DNA of 56,484 bases from Candidatus Acetothermia bacterium (GCA_046543285.1 JBKGZS010000002.1:1-56484), one strand, 5' to 3'; numbered from the stretch's first letter, positions 27,968 to 37,304 are shown. The notes: generated from the letters alone by a model not told the origin. A program made the numbers and translations.

Positions 27968-28012
27968 AACTCATGAACTTTTCTTACTCATTCAGGAAGG
28001 TTCTAGCCTTAA

Positions 28013-28065
28013 GGCAATGTAGCAACGACGAGTTCAAAATTTTTGCTGCAGTAATTGCCATTTTG
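28013..28065 (+). terminator. Candidate attenuator/terminator hairpin in the hydrolase leader
   Basis: GGCAAT+GTAGCAA (28013-28025) pairs with TTGCTGC (28043-49) and ATTGCC (28054-59), with a 4-nt bulge, followed by ATTTTG. GGCAAT can alternatively pair with ATTGCC at 27962-67. Confidence 0.3.
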
Positions 28066-28132
28066 AATCTCAACAAGTTCATTCAAACTGGTAGTTTATG
28101 ATCGGAATGACGAAAATCTCAAAGGAGTTTTT

Positions 28133-28903
28133 TTGAGAGACCGGAATAGATACAAATTCAGATTGCCGGCCTTGTCCTTGATTGCAGGGGTCGTGATTGT
28201 ATTGGCTGTTTTCGGGGCCTGGTCTCTCCGGCCCCAAGAGGTTATGCAACAAGCCCTGCGGGCCCTGGATGGTGATCAGGAGGTAGAAGTTAGAGAGGAG
28301 AAGTTGGGGGGTGTGGAGACTTTCGTTTTTTGGCCCAAGAACGATCGCCGGCAGCCCGCTCTGATATTCTATCCTGGAGCTCGGGTTCCCGCCGAGGCTT
28401 ACAGTCCCCACCTCTTGGAAATCGCTCGTCAGGGTTTTACAGTCTACCTAGTCAAGATGCCCCTGAACTTTGCCCTGTTAGGTTGGGGTAGAGCTGGGAA
28501 GGTGATTTCTGCACGGCCGGAGCAAGACTGCTGGGTCCTTGGTGGTCATTCCCTGGGCGGAGCTATGGCAGCCAGGTTTGTGGACAGGACTGATTTCGCC
28601 GTTTATGGTTTGGTCCTGTGGGCTTCCTATCCCGAAGAAGGGCTTGATTTGGACAAGAACAGGATCAGCGTCTTGAGCTTGATCGGTACCAGAGACTCGA
28701 TTATCGATGAAGGAAAAGTTACTCGTGCCAGGGAGCAACTGCCGGAAAAGGCTGAATTTGTGAATATTGAAGGAGGTAACCACAGCCAATTCGGTTGGTA
28801 TGGGTTTCAGCAGGGGGACGGCCAGGCAGCAATTGAACGTGATGAACAGGTAGAGATTATCGTCTCTGAAACGACCGATTTTCTCTATGACCTATGCTCC
28901 TGA
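28133..28903 (+). CDS. Membrane-anchored alpha/beta-fold hydrolase
   Basis: 256 aa. TTG start 5 nt after AAGGAG. N-terminal TM helix. Nucleophile elbow GHSLGG and a late GGNHSQF histidine motif. Confidence 0.75.
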   Translation: MRDRNRYKFRLPALSLIAGVVIVLAVFGAWSLRPQEVMQQALRALDGDQEVEVREEKLGGVETFVFWPKNDRRQPALIFYPGARVPAEAYSPHLLEIARQGFTVYLVKMPLNFALLGWGRAGKVISARPEQDCWVLGGHSLGGAMAARFVDRTDFAVYGLVLWASYPEEGLDLDKNRISVLSLIGTRDSIIDEGKVTRAREQLPEKAEFVNIEGGNHSQFGWYGFQQGDGQAAIERDEQVEIIVSETTDFLYDLCS

Positions 28904-28949
28904 CTAACTCAACTGCAGCCAGGTGGTGGAGAACACATTTGAAGTCCGG

Positions 28950-29341
28950 CTCTTCCCCTGGGGATATTTTTTGGAGAAAAACCTCCCAGGGCCTCGGGCA
29001 CTTAGTGTTTATCGAGGGGTGCCCGGCACCTATTTCATCCCCGGTCACAACTAATGATCAGCGACTTAACGAAAAAATATCTTCTTCCACAGGCTAAAAC
29101 GTCGCAACAAGTGAAAGAATACAAGCTTTTTCATCCCCCAGATTGCGACAACCAGAGCCTTTTTGTTAAACGGTTTGTCGGCCAGTTTATCCCAAAGCCT
29201 GGATGGTCTGAGGTGGGGAAAAATTGTGTTTACCCTGGACCCATTGGTCGCGGGATTACACTGGATTCTTGCCCAGGAAACCACATCTTTGTTCTTGGAG
29301 AAAACCGAAAATTTGCCACCGCAGCTCTTAAAAATTGACAT
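28950..29341 (-). pseudogene. Possible decayed UDG-superfamily (Mug/TDG-like) DNA glycosylase
   Basis: The reverse-strand 91-aa ORF (29341..29066) reads ...IQCNPA...FPHLRPSRLWDKLADKPF...GMKKLV. A second reverse frame (from 29048) reads GAGHPSINTK...W. Order and spacing loosely follow the Mug motifs GINPG / HPxNRFW / GVTKLV / PNPSG. The catalytic motif is degenerate, there is at least one frameshift, and ~45 aa are missing. Confidence 0.3.
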
Positions 29342-29571
29342 GACTAACGAAATAACCCCTTTCAGCCTCTTCCTAAATCTATTATCCGAGATCGGTGGCG
29401 GGGGGTCAAGCGGTAAGTTTTGGTCGGCTGACTTTGATTGTGAGTTCGGGAATCGTTATTCTTTCGTGATTTGATTTACGTTAAGACCTGGTCTGACAGA
29501 GGTAGCCTGTTTTTATTACTTTCCTTCGGAGCCAGCTTACCCCTAATTTGCTGTTCTGGAAAGGAGTTAAA

Positions 29572-31248
29572 GTGTCTAACAAAAAAAAGAAAAACATTTT
29601 GATTTTTGGTTTGGACGGTGTAACGTTTGCCCTACTGGATAAGTGGATGGAAAATGGAGACTTGCCCTATCTTTCGAAGCTGGTAAAAGGTGGAGTCCGG
29701 GCCGATCTCCGCAGCACCCTTCCTCCCGTCACTGGTCCTGCCTGGACCTCTTTTCAGACGGGAACTAATCCCGGCAAGCATGGTATTTTCGATTGGGGAA
29801 GCTCAGAAGAAGGAAGCTACGGCGAAGGGATGGTGGATTCCACTCATATTCAAACCGATACCATCTGGGAAATCTTGAGCCGGGCCGGGAGAGAAGTGGG
29901 GGTTATCGGTTTGCCGGTGACTTATCCTCCGAGGGAGGTACGTGGTTTTGTGTTGACGGGCCTCTTGACACCAAATAATGCCGATGACTATATATATCCA
30001 AAAAGCTTGGAGGGGGATATACGAGATGCTGCAGGGGAATACGTCACTGCTCCTGCTCATGCTGAAATGGCCCTCAATACGAGAGCCTGGATTCGGGAAC
30101 TAAATGGTTCCATAGAAAACCGGGAAAAGGTGTCTATCCGTTTGCTTCGGGATCAACCCTGGGACGTTTCCCTGGTCTATTTCATGGAGACCGATACCGT
30201 TATGCATCATCTTTATCACACCTTAGATGACAAGGATAACCGTTTACGGTCCGGTCTACGTTCCGTTGCCGATCCAGTTTTAACTATCCATCAAAGAGTT
30301 GAGCAGGCAGTCCATCACATAATTGATGAAGTCGCTGAGCCCCATACCGATATTATCTTAGTTTCCGATCACGGTTTCGGTCCCCTGGACTGGATTTTTA
30401 ACGTCAATAGTTGGCTCTGGCGGGAAGGTTACTTGAGCCTTAAGGACAGATGGTTTACGAAGGCCAAGAGGATCATGCAAAAGGTGGGCATCAATCAGAA
30501 GAACCTGTATCATCTGGGCAATCTCCTGGGCCCTTTGGGGCGCTCCAAAAAGTGGGACATGCAGGGTTTTAACGATATCCTCGGTCGGATGTTTTTGTCC
30601 ATGGACGACGTAGACTGGGAAGACACCAAGGCCTTTTCGCGTGGAGGTGTCACCGGGGAAATTCGACTGAATATACAGGGCCGGGGTTCGCCCAGTGGTG
30701 TAGATCCGTCGGAGGTTCAGTCGTTGAGGGAGCAGCTGATAACTGACCTGGAAGAGATACGATCTCCATATACCGGAGAAAATGTCGTGGACAAAGTTCT
30801 CGAGCGGGAGTTAGTCTACTCCGGCCCTCAAAGCCATCTTGGGCCCGACATTCTTTTCACCACGAAGGACATGCGCACCGATACCGGGGGCTTAACCGTC
30901 TTTAAATCTATGAAACCGATTATGCCTACCTTTGCCCTTACCGGCACTCATCGTATGGAAGGGATCTTTGTTGGATCAGGCCCCAGTTTCAAGGCAGGCG
31001 CGCGCCTGGACGAGTTGAGTATCATGGATATGGCTCCGACTTTGCTCAATCTCCTCGATCTTCCAATCCCCAGCTATATGGATGGTCGGCCTGCGAAAGC
31101 CAGCTTGGCCTCGTCATTCAGCAAGGAGCACCCACCCCGCTACAAGGAGGTAAAATTATCCTCGCCTGAGGACAGGGGGCAGGGTAAAACAGATGGAGAA
31201 GACGAGGAGATCAGGGAAAGACTCAAAAGTTTGGGGTATCTTTCGTAG
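29572..31248 (+). CDS. Alkaline-phosphatase-superfamily protein (type I phosphodiesterase/nucleotide pyrophosphatase family)
   Basis: Trimmed to GTG 29572, which follows AAGGAG. Motifs ILIFGLDGVTFALL, VSDHGFGP, GTHRMEGIF and the C-terminal LKSLGYLS tail. Confidence 0.8.
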   Translation: MSNKKKKNILIFGLDGVTFALLDKWMENGDLPYLSKLVKGGVRADLRSTLPPVTGPAWTSFQTGTNPGKHGIFDWGSSEEGSYGEGMVDSTHIQTDTIWEILSRAGREVGVIGLPVTYPPREVRGFVLTGLLTPNNADDYIYPKSLEGDIRDAAGEYVTAPAHAEMALNTRAWIRELNGSIENREKVSIRLLRDQPWDVSLVYFMETDTVMHHLYHTLDDKDNRLRSGLRSVADPVLTIHQRVEQAVHHIIDEVAEPHTDIILVSDHGFGPLDWIFNVNSWLWREGYLSLKDRWFTKAKRIMQKVGINQKNLYHLGNLLGPLGRSKKWDMQGFNDILGRMFLSMDDVDWEDTKAFSRGGVTGEIRLNIQGRGSPSGVDPSEVQSLREQLITDLEEIRSPYTGENVVDKVLERELVYSGPQSHLGPDILFTTKDMRTDTGGLTVFKSMKPIMPTFALTGTHRMEGIFVGSGPSFKAGARLDELSIMDMAPTLLNLLDLPIPSYMDGRPAKASLASSFSKEHPPRYKEVKLSSPEDRGQGKTDGEDEEIRERLKSLGYLS

Positions 31249-31403
31249 GCATTTTGTAGGACTTTCCCTCATGCTCACTCGAGCCGAATTCCTGTTGCCG
31301 TCTATCCTTGAGCAAATGTAGAGGGATTGGGTCCTTATTGATTTCCTCATAACAATCTCATACCATTTTTTAGTCTGTATAAAACTTAATTATGGAGGTT
31401 GCT

Positions 31404-34400
31404 ATGCCCCGCTACGGAGAATTAAGTGATAATCCAAAAAAACGCGAGCAAAGTATCCTGGACTACTGGGATCGACAGGCAATCTATGAAGAAAGCGTGG
31501 AACAGAGGAAGGGGAATGAAAGGTGGGTTTTTTACGAAGGCCCTCCTACCGCCAATGGTCGCCCCCATTTTGGTCATCTGATGGCCCGAGGTTATAAAGA
31601 TCTTTTTCCCCGCTACAAAACCATGCGGGGCTATCACGTGGAAAGGAAGGGTGGATGGGATACTCATGGCTTGCCGGTGGAATTAGAGGTGGAAAAGGAG
31701 CTGGGCATAAACAGCAAGGCAGAAATAGAACAGTACGGAATGGAGCAATTTATCGAACAATGCAAAGAAAGCGTCTGGCAATACAAGGGCGAGTGGGAGC
31801 AATTGATCAGACGGATGGGCTTCTGGATCGATTTGGAGGACCCGTATGTCACTTATGAAGATGATTACATTGAGTCTCTCTGGTGGGAATTGAAGCGGAT
31901 CTGGGAAGATGATCTATTGTACAAAGGCCACAAGGTGTTACCCTACTGTCCGCGATGTGGAACTGGCCTGTCTTCTCACGAGGTTGCTCAAGGCTATGAG
32001 TTCACGGAAGATCCTTCCATTTACGTCAAGCTTCCTCTCCGCGGGGAAGAGGACACCTACTTATTGATCTGGACCACTACTCCCTGGACCATTCCAGCCA
32101 ATACCGCCGTTGGAATCAGCGAAAATTTCCTTTACGCGAAAGTTGAAATACATGGAGATAAGTTGATCCTGGCCAAGGCTTTAGTGGACAGGGTGCTGGG
32201 ATCTAACTACGAAATCCTCGAGGAAATAGATGGTCGAGACCTGTTAGGTCTCGAGTATACTCCGCCCTATCAGCTTATCGACCATGAAAAAGCTTACCAG
32301 GTGTACGATGCCCCGTTTGTGAGTCTTGAAGAAGGTACCGGTATAGTGCACATGGCTCCGGCTTTTGGTGTGGAGGATAATGAATTTGGAAATCAGGTTG
32401 GTTTGCCCCTGTTTAGACCCCTTGATCTGGAAGGAAAGTTTACTGAGGATTTTCCGCTGGCTGAAGGTCAGTTCTGTAAGGATGCTGATGAGAGCATCGT
32501 GGAAGATCTGGACTCAAACGGGTACCTGCTCCGTTCCGAAACAACCGAGCACGAATATCCTTTCTGCTGGCGCTGTGAGACCCCTTTACTATATTTTGCT
32601 CTGGATTCCTGGTATATTGAGACTACCGCTCGCCAGCAGGAGATCATTGCTAACAACCAGGAGGTCAACTGGTACCCCTCGCATATGCGAGACGGCCGGT
32701 TCGGCGATTTCCTGGAAAACATGAAAGATTGGGCTCTAAGCAGGGATCGCTATTGGGGGACACCCTTAAATATCTGGGAATGTGAAAACTGCGGAAAACA
32801 GACCTCGGTCGGGAGCCGGGAAGAACTCGTGGCACTGGCTTTAGACCCCAGCAAGGCCCAGGAAGTTGAGCTCCATCGGCCGTATATTGATGCGATTCAG
32901 CTTGAATGTCCTAATTGCTCTGGAGAGATGGTGCGAGCGCCGCATGTAATCGATACCTGGTTCGATTCAGGTTCTATGCATACTGCCCAATGGCACTACC
33001 CCTTTGAAAATCAGGAAAAATTCGATGTTTCCTTTCCTGCTGACTTCATATGCGAGGGGCAAGATCAAACCCGCGGCTGGTTTTATACCCTCCTGGTCAC
33101 GGCTACTCTACTCTATGATCAACCGGCGTTTAAAAATGTTGTAGTAACGGGATACGGACTCGATTCCGAAGGTAAGGCGATGAGCAAGAGTCGGGGCAAT
33201 GTCATCGACCCCTGGGAGATGATTGAAGAGTACGGTGCTGACGCTTTACGCTGGTACTTGTTTTCCTCTACTGCTCCCTGGAAAACCCGCCGCCTCGAGG
33301 AGTCAGGTCCCGGCGAAGCACTGTATCAATTTTTGGACACCTTGGAAAACGTCTATAATTTCTTCTCTCTTTACGCAGACATCGATGAGTTTGAGCCCTC
33401 CGGTAAGACTATAAGTAGTGATAGGCTACTTGACAGATGGGTCCTTTCTCGACTTCACCGCACCACAGCTCAGATGACCGAAAGTTTGGATGATTACGAC
33501 ATAGTTGCGGCTGCCAGGGCGGTTGAGAATTTCATTGATGATCTGAGCAACTGGTTTATTCGCTGTTCAAGAGAACGGTTCTGGAGCAGCGGGGATGACG
33601 AGGGAAAGAGGGCTGCTTATAATACCCTTCATACCTGCTTGCTGGAGTTGACCAAACTGCTTGCCCCTTTTGTTCCCTTTCTGGCCGAGGAAATTTATCG
33701 CAATATTGCCACCGAGGATCCGGATAGCGTTCACCTCTGTGATTGGCCTCAGCCACGACAGGGTCTAATTGACGAGACTCTGGAGAATAACATGAAGGAG
33801 GCCCGCAAGCTGACAGTTTTAGGTCGACGTGCCCGTAACCAGGCTGAGATTAAGGTAAGGCAACCTCTTCCCGAAATGATAGTCTCTCGAGACGACCTCC
33901 CCGGAGAGTTGCCTGACGAGTTGTTGCAGCTCATTTCTGAAGAATTAAACGTGAAAGATTTTGTCCTGACCGAATCCCTGGATGGATATTATTATCCTCA
34001 AGTTCGGCCCAATTACCGAAAGATCGGGCCGAAGTACGGCGACAGAGCTCAGGAAGTTGGTGCTGCAATTGAACAGCAAGACCGGGATTTTGCCCGTACC
34101 CTCGAGGAAGATGGTCAGGTTGACCTGGAGGTTGAGGGTGAAACTCTTCAAATCAAATCTGAGGACGTCATTCTCGAGCATTTACCTCGTTCCCGCTATG
34201 TAGAAATACAGGATGACGGATATACGGTCTTGCTAAACATTTCGATCGATGATGATCTTCGCCAGGAAGGATATGTTCGCGAGCTCATCCGCCGTATCCA
34301 GCAACTTCGGAAGGAGGCGGAATTCGAGGTTACCGATCGGATTAATATCTATTGCAAGGCAGATCAGGATATTCGTACAGCAATAGAGAAACATGTTGAC

Positions 34401-34526
34401 TATCTGAAATCCGAGACTCTCACCACAAATCTGTTCTTTGATGATTTTCCGGATAATCCAGAGATTACATCCGAAGAAGGTGTAGATGGAAAGGGAGTGC
34501 AGCTAGCCCTGCTCAGGAAGCAATGA
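31404..34526 (+). CDS. ileS: Isoleucine--tRNA ligase, type 2 (long, Thermus/archaeal-like form)
   Basis: Trimmed to ATG 31404, which follows GGAGG. PPTANGRPHFGH (HIGH) and KAMSKS (KMSKS) motifs. About 1040 aa with no type-1 C-terminal zinc-finger tail. Confidence 0.95.
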   Translation: MPRYGELSDNPKKREQSILDYWDRQAIYEESVEQRKGNERWVFYEGPPTANGRPHFGHLMARGYKDLFPRYKTMRGYHVERKGGWDTHGLPVELEVEKELGINSKAEIEQYGMEQFIEQCKESVWQYKGEWEQLIRRMGFWIDLEDPYVTYEDDYIESLWWELKRIWEDDLLYKGHKVLPYCPRCGTGLSSHEVAQGYEFTEDPSIYVKLPLRGEEDTYLLIWTTTPWTIPANTAVGISENFLYAKVEIHGDKLILAKALVDRVLGSNYEILEEIDGRDLLGLEYTPPYQLIDHEKAYQVYDAPFVSLEEGTGIVHMAPAFGVEDNEFGNQVGLPLFRPLDLEGKFTEDFPLAEGQFCKDADESIVEDLDSNGYLLRSETTEHEYPFCWRCETPLLYFALDSWYIETTARQQEIIANNQEVNWYPSHMRDGRFGDFLENMKDWALSRDRYWGTPLNIWECENCGKQTSVGSREELVALALDPSKAQEVELHRPYIDAIQLECPNCSGEMVRAPHVIDTWFDSGSMHTAQWHYPFENQEKFDVSFPADFICEGQDQTRGWFYTLLVTATLLYDQPAFKNVVVTGYGLDSEGKAMSKSRGNVIDPWEMIEEYGADALRWYLFSSTAPWKTRRLEESGPGEALYQFLDTLENVYNFFSLYADIDEFEPSGKTISSDRLLDRWVLSRLHRTTAQMTESLDDYDIVAAARAVENFIDDLSNWFIRCSRERFWSSGDDEGKRAAYNTLHTCLLELTKLLAPFVPFLAEEIYRNIATEDPDSVHLCDWPQPRQGLIDETLENNMKEARKLTVLGRRARNQAEIKVRQPLPEMIVSRDDLPGELPDELLQLISEELNVKDFVLTESLDGYYYPQVRPNYRKIGPKYGDRAQEVGAAIEQQDRDFARTLEEDGQVDLEVEGETLQIKSEDVILEHLPRSRYVEIQDDGYTVLLNISIDDDLRQEGYVRELIRRIQQLRKEAEFEVTDRINIYCKADQDIRTAIEKHVDYLKSETLTTNLFFDDFPDNPEITSEEGVDGKGVQLALLRKQ

Positions 34527-34669
34527 CTAGCGAATCGTGGCAGCCTGCTGTTGCAAAGGTGCTCAACCCGTGGTAACCTCCTGCCTAAGATCGATATTCA
34601 ACGAGAGACTGTAATTATTGTGTTTGCTTAGCTTTGCGGTTTTCATTCCAGTTTGAAAAGGGGGAAAAT

Positions 34670-35935
34670 TTGAGATCTACAGCGATCATTGGAGCTCAAT
34701 GGGGAGACGAAGGTAAGGGGAAGATAGCCCATCTGCTGGCGTCGGATTCGGAGTGGGTTATACGCTTCAACGGAGGGCCGAATGCCGGCCATACTGTAGT
34801 GGACAGTGAGGGAGAGATCAAATTTCATCACTTGCCCTCCGGAAGTTTGTATGAAGAGTGTAAAGGGGTAATGGGAAACGGAATGGTTATCGATCCTCTG
34901 AGTTTAAAAGGGGAGCTTGAGATGTTGGAGGAAGCACGAAACATCCAGCCGGAAATCTATATAAGCGGCAGTGCGCACCTGATTATGCCCTACCATCCCG
35001 TTTTGGAGATCTTGCAAAAGAGCAAAGACGAAGTAGGTACAACTGGCCGGGGAATCGGGCCGACCTACCAGGATAAAGCGGCTCGGTCGGGTTTTCGTTT
35101 TTGGGATTTGCTGGAATCGGACTTTCCTGCTAGGTTTAAACAGAGGGTCCGCCGTTTGCGCGAAATCTGGAATGACCCCGAACCGTTGCTTAATATTGAC
35201 ATGGATGGATACCTTGATGAACTGCTTTCGTTTTATCGAGGCTCCATAAAGGGTCGGATTCGAAACGGGTCTTTTCTTGCCAATCGGGCTTTAAATTCGG
35301 GTGATAACGTGATCTTCGAGGGTGCTCAGGGAACTATGCTCGATATAGACTTCGGTACCTATCCCTACGTAACATCCTCCAACCCGACCGTCGGGGGTAT
35401 CGGGACAGGTGCTGGCGTCTCCCCGACCCGGGTCGAACGCCGATTGGGAGTTGTCAAGGCCTACACTACTAGAGTGGGCAAAGGTCCGATGGTAACGGAG
35501 AAAACCGGGCCGATGGGCGAAAAACTGAGGGCCAAAGGTGATGAATTCGGTGCCACGACAGGTCGACCCCGGAGATGCGGCTGGCTGGATCTGGTTGCTT
35601 TACAGTATGCGGTCGAACTGAATGATTTTACCGCAATTGTGCTGACGAAACTTGATGTCCTCGCCGGGTTTGATACGATAAAAGTCGCCACTCATTATTC
35701 AATTGACGGCGAACGTTTCGGTCATTTCCCGGGATCCACCCAGCGTCTGGAAAAATGTAAGCCCGTATACCGCCAGTTCGATGGGTGGGAAGGTGATCTA
35801 AGTAGTTGTGACAACCTGGAGGACCTGCCGGCCGGAACGCGACGGTACATCGACTTTATTGAGCGAGAGTTGGAAGTTCCCGTTGAGATAGTCTCTATAG
35901 GCAAGAAGAAGAACGATACCTTGATTGTAGACTAA
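34670..35935 (+). CDS. purA: Adenylosuccinate synthetase
   Basis: GAQWGDEGKGK and GTTGRGIGPTY motifs. The start is probably TTG 34670, after AAGGGGGA. The ORF track starts 36 nt earlier, at 34634. Confidence 0.9.
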   Translation: MRSTAIIGAQWGDEGKGKIAHLLASDSEWVIRFNGGPNAGHTVVDSEGEIKFHHLPSGSLYEECKGVMGNGMVIDPLSLKGELEMLEEARNIQPEIYISGSAHLIMPYHPVLEILQKSKDEVGTTGRGIGPTYQDKAARSGFRFWDLLESDFPARFKQRVRRLREIWNDPEPLLNIDMDGYLDELLSFYRGSIKGRIRNGSFLANRALNSGDNVIFEGAQGTMLDIDFGTYPYVTSSNPTVGGIGTGAGVSPTRVERRLGVVKAYTTRVGKGPMVTEKTGPMGEKLRAKGDEFGATTGRPRRCGWLDLVALQYAVELNDFTAIVLTKLDVLAGFDTIKVATHYSIDGERFGHFPGSTQRLEKCKPVYRQFDGWEGDLSSCDNLEDLPAGTRRYIDFIERELEVPVEIVSIGKKKNDTLIVD

Positions 35936-35953
35936 TTGGCCCGGGAGGGTCCC

Positions 35954-36652
35954 TTGAATTTGTGGCTTCGCCTTAAGACACTTGTCAAAGCAAAGTTGCG
36001 TAAGTGGCGGAACAACGATGAACCTCGTGTGGTTTTGCAGAAGAACCTGGCCAAAATGGAGAAGTATCTCCAGGAAATCAAGAAAAGCAGTTTGGAACTA
36101 GGACGCGAAAAGGGTACTTTACAACGTCGCCTGGAGCGGTTGAATTATGCAATAGAGGAGTATGAAAAAGAGGCTCGCCAGGCCCTGGCGTTGGGTGAGG
36201 AACAACAGGCGGAAATTGCCCTTAAAGAAAAATACAACGTCCTTCGGCGGAAGAAGCGGATTGAGGAGAACGTCCAGACGTTGAACGAACGCATAACTTC
36301 CTTGGAACGGAGCAAGGATGCTCTGAAAAACCGCATAGAAATATTCCGAACCAAAGAGGCTGAACTGGATGCTCTCCGAAGTGCCTCGGAGGCTGAGCTG
36401 CGGATCAGCGAGATCACAGCGGGGATGTCGGAGGAGACGTTCTCGGACATCAACAATGCCGTGAAGGAATCCGAAAGAAAGCTCCAGGAGATACAGGCGA
36501 AAGTGAAAGCCACCCGTCAGTTACTCGATCAGGAGGAAGGCACCAAATTTGACGAGGAGATGGGGGCACTTGATGAGGTCGAACTTAGTTCAAAGAGCGA
36601 TCCGGAGGAAGAGTTAGAACGACTAAAGCGCAATATCGAAGGTCAAAACTGA
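35954..36652 (+). CDS. pspA: PspA/IM30 (phage-shock protein A / Vipp1) family protein
   Basis: Long coiled-coil protein. The start is probably TTG 35954 (MNLWLRLKTLVKAKL amphipathic helix), after GGGAGGG. The ORF track starts at 35936, directly after the purA stop. Confidence 0.75.
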   Translation: MNLWLRLKTLVKAKLRKWRNNDEPRVVLQKNLAKMEKYLQEIKKSSLELGREKGTLQRRLERLNYAIEEYEKEARQALALGEEQQAEIALKEKYNVLRRKKRIEENVQTLNERITSLERSKDALKNRIEIFRTKEAELDALRSASEAELRISEITAGMSEETFSDINNAVKESERKLQEIQAKVKATRQLLDQEEGTKFDEEMGALDEVELSSKSDPEEELERLKRNIEGQN

Positions 36653-36719
36653 TCCAGGCGTTTTGATTGGATCTGGGACAGGAATTAACCTAAGCATAAT
36701 ACAAATGGAGGAAAAGGAT

Positions 36720-37160
36720 ATGCAAAAGACTTGGATGGCCAAACAAGAAGAGGTAGAGGATGCTGAGCGTGATTGGTACTTCGTTGACGCTTCGGGCATC
36801 CCGCTAGGAAGGTTGGCTTCCGAAATTGCAACAGTCTTACAGGGTAAGCATAAACCTACCTACACCCCACATGTGGATGTCGGGGACTATGTTGTGGTTG
36901 TCAACTCGGGAGAGGTTAGCCTTACGGGGAACAAAAAAGATCAAAAAAAGTACTACCGACACTCCGGTTACCTGGGGAATTTAAGCCAGGTCTCTTATCG
37001 GGAATTACTTGAAGAAGATCCCATTCTACCCATGAAGGAAGCCGTAAGGAGAATGATGCCTAAAAATACTCTGGCCAGGGAAATGATGAAGAAACTGAAA
37101 CTTTACGAAGACGAGGATCATCCTCATGATTCCGTGGAGTTTAAGGAACTGAATCTTTGA
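36720..37160 (+). CDS. rplM: 50S ribosomal protein L13
   Basis: Trimmed to ATG 36720, after GGAGGAAAAGG. MQKTWMAKQEEV...WYFVDASGIPLGRLAS...GKHKPTYTPHVDVGDYVVVVN is L13. Confidence 0.9.
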   Translation: MQKTWMAKQEEVEDAERDWYFVDASGIPLGRLASEIATVLQGKHKPTYTPHVDVGDYVVVVNSGEVSLTGNKKDQKKYYRHSGYLGNLSQVSYRELLEEDPILPMKEAVRRMMPKNTLAREMMKKLKLYEDEDHPHDSVEFKELNL

Positions 37161-37234
37161 CTGCACTTTCTGGCCCGATGAGCTGAATAACCCTGTTTTT
37201 TATCACGGGATCCACTGATCTCCTTTAACTATTT

Positions 37235-37264
37235 TTGACAAATACGAAGGAAATGGACCATAAT
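37235..37264 (+). promoter_or_regulatory. Predicted sigma-70-type promoter for the secreted PKD protein
   Basis: TTGACA (37235-40)-18 nt-CATAAT (37259-64), 40 nt upstream of ATG 37305. Confidence 0.4.
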
Positions 37265-37304
37265 GATCCTGTAAATGGGTGACGTTTGTAAAAAGGGGGT
37301 ACGA

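Noticed and set aside
27777-27970. Purine, ZTP or PRPP riboswitch in a purB leader on the minus strand.
   Set aside because: No GTTTCTACC/CCGTAAA (purine), CCGCCTGGGC (ZTP) or CTAGGGTTCCG (ykkC) signatures occur on either strand. A plausible purB promoter (TTTAAA-17-TAGAAT) lies only ~20 nt upstream of the ATG, which leaves the structured region outside the purB mRNA.
29054-29338. Plus-strand 94-aa ORF in the hydrolase-phosphatase gap as a real gene.
   Set aside because: It is the exact codon-register mirror of the reverse-strand ORF that carries Mug-like motifs. It has no Shine-Dalgarno and I recognise no family. It is kept only as the alternative in the pseudogene finding.
31249-31403. T-box leader upstream of ileS.
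   Set aside because: No T-box sequence (AANNNGGGTGGTACCGCG-like) or specifier/antiterminator arrangement is present. The spacer is only ~155 nt.
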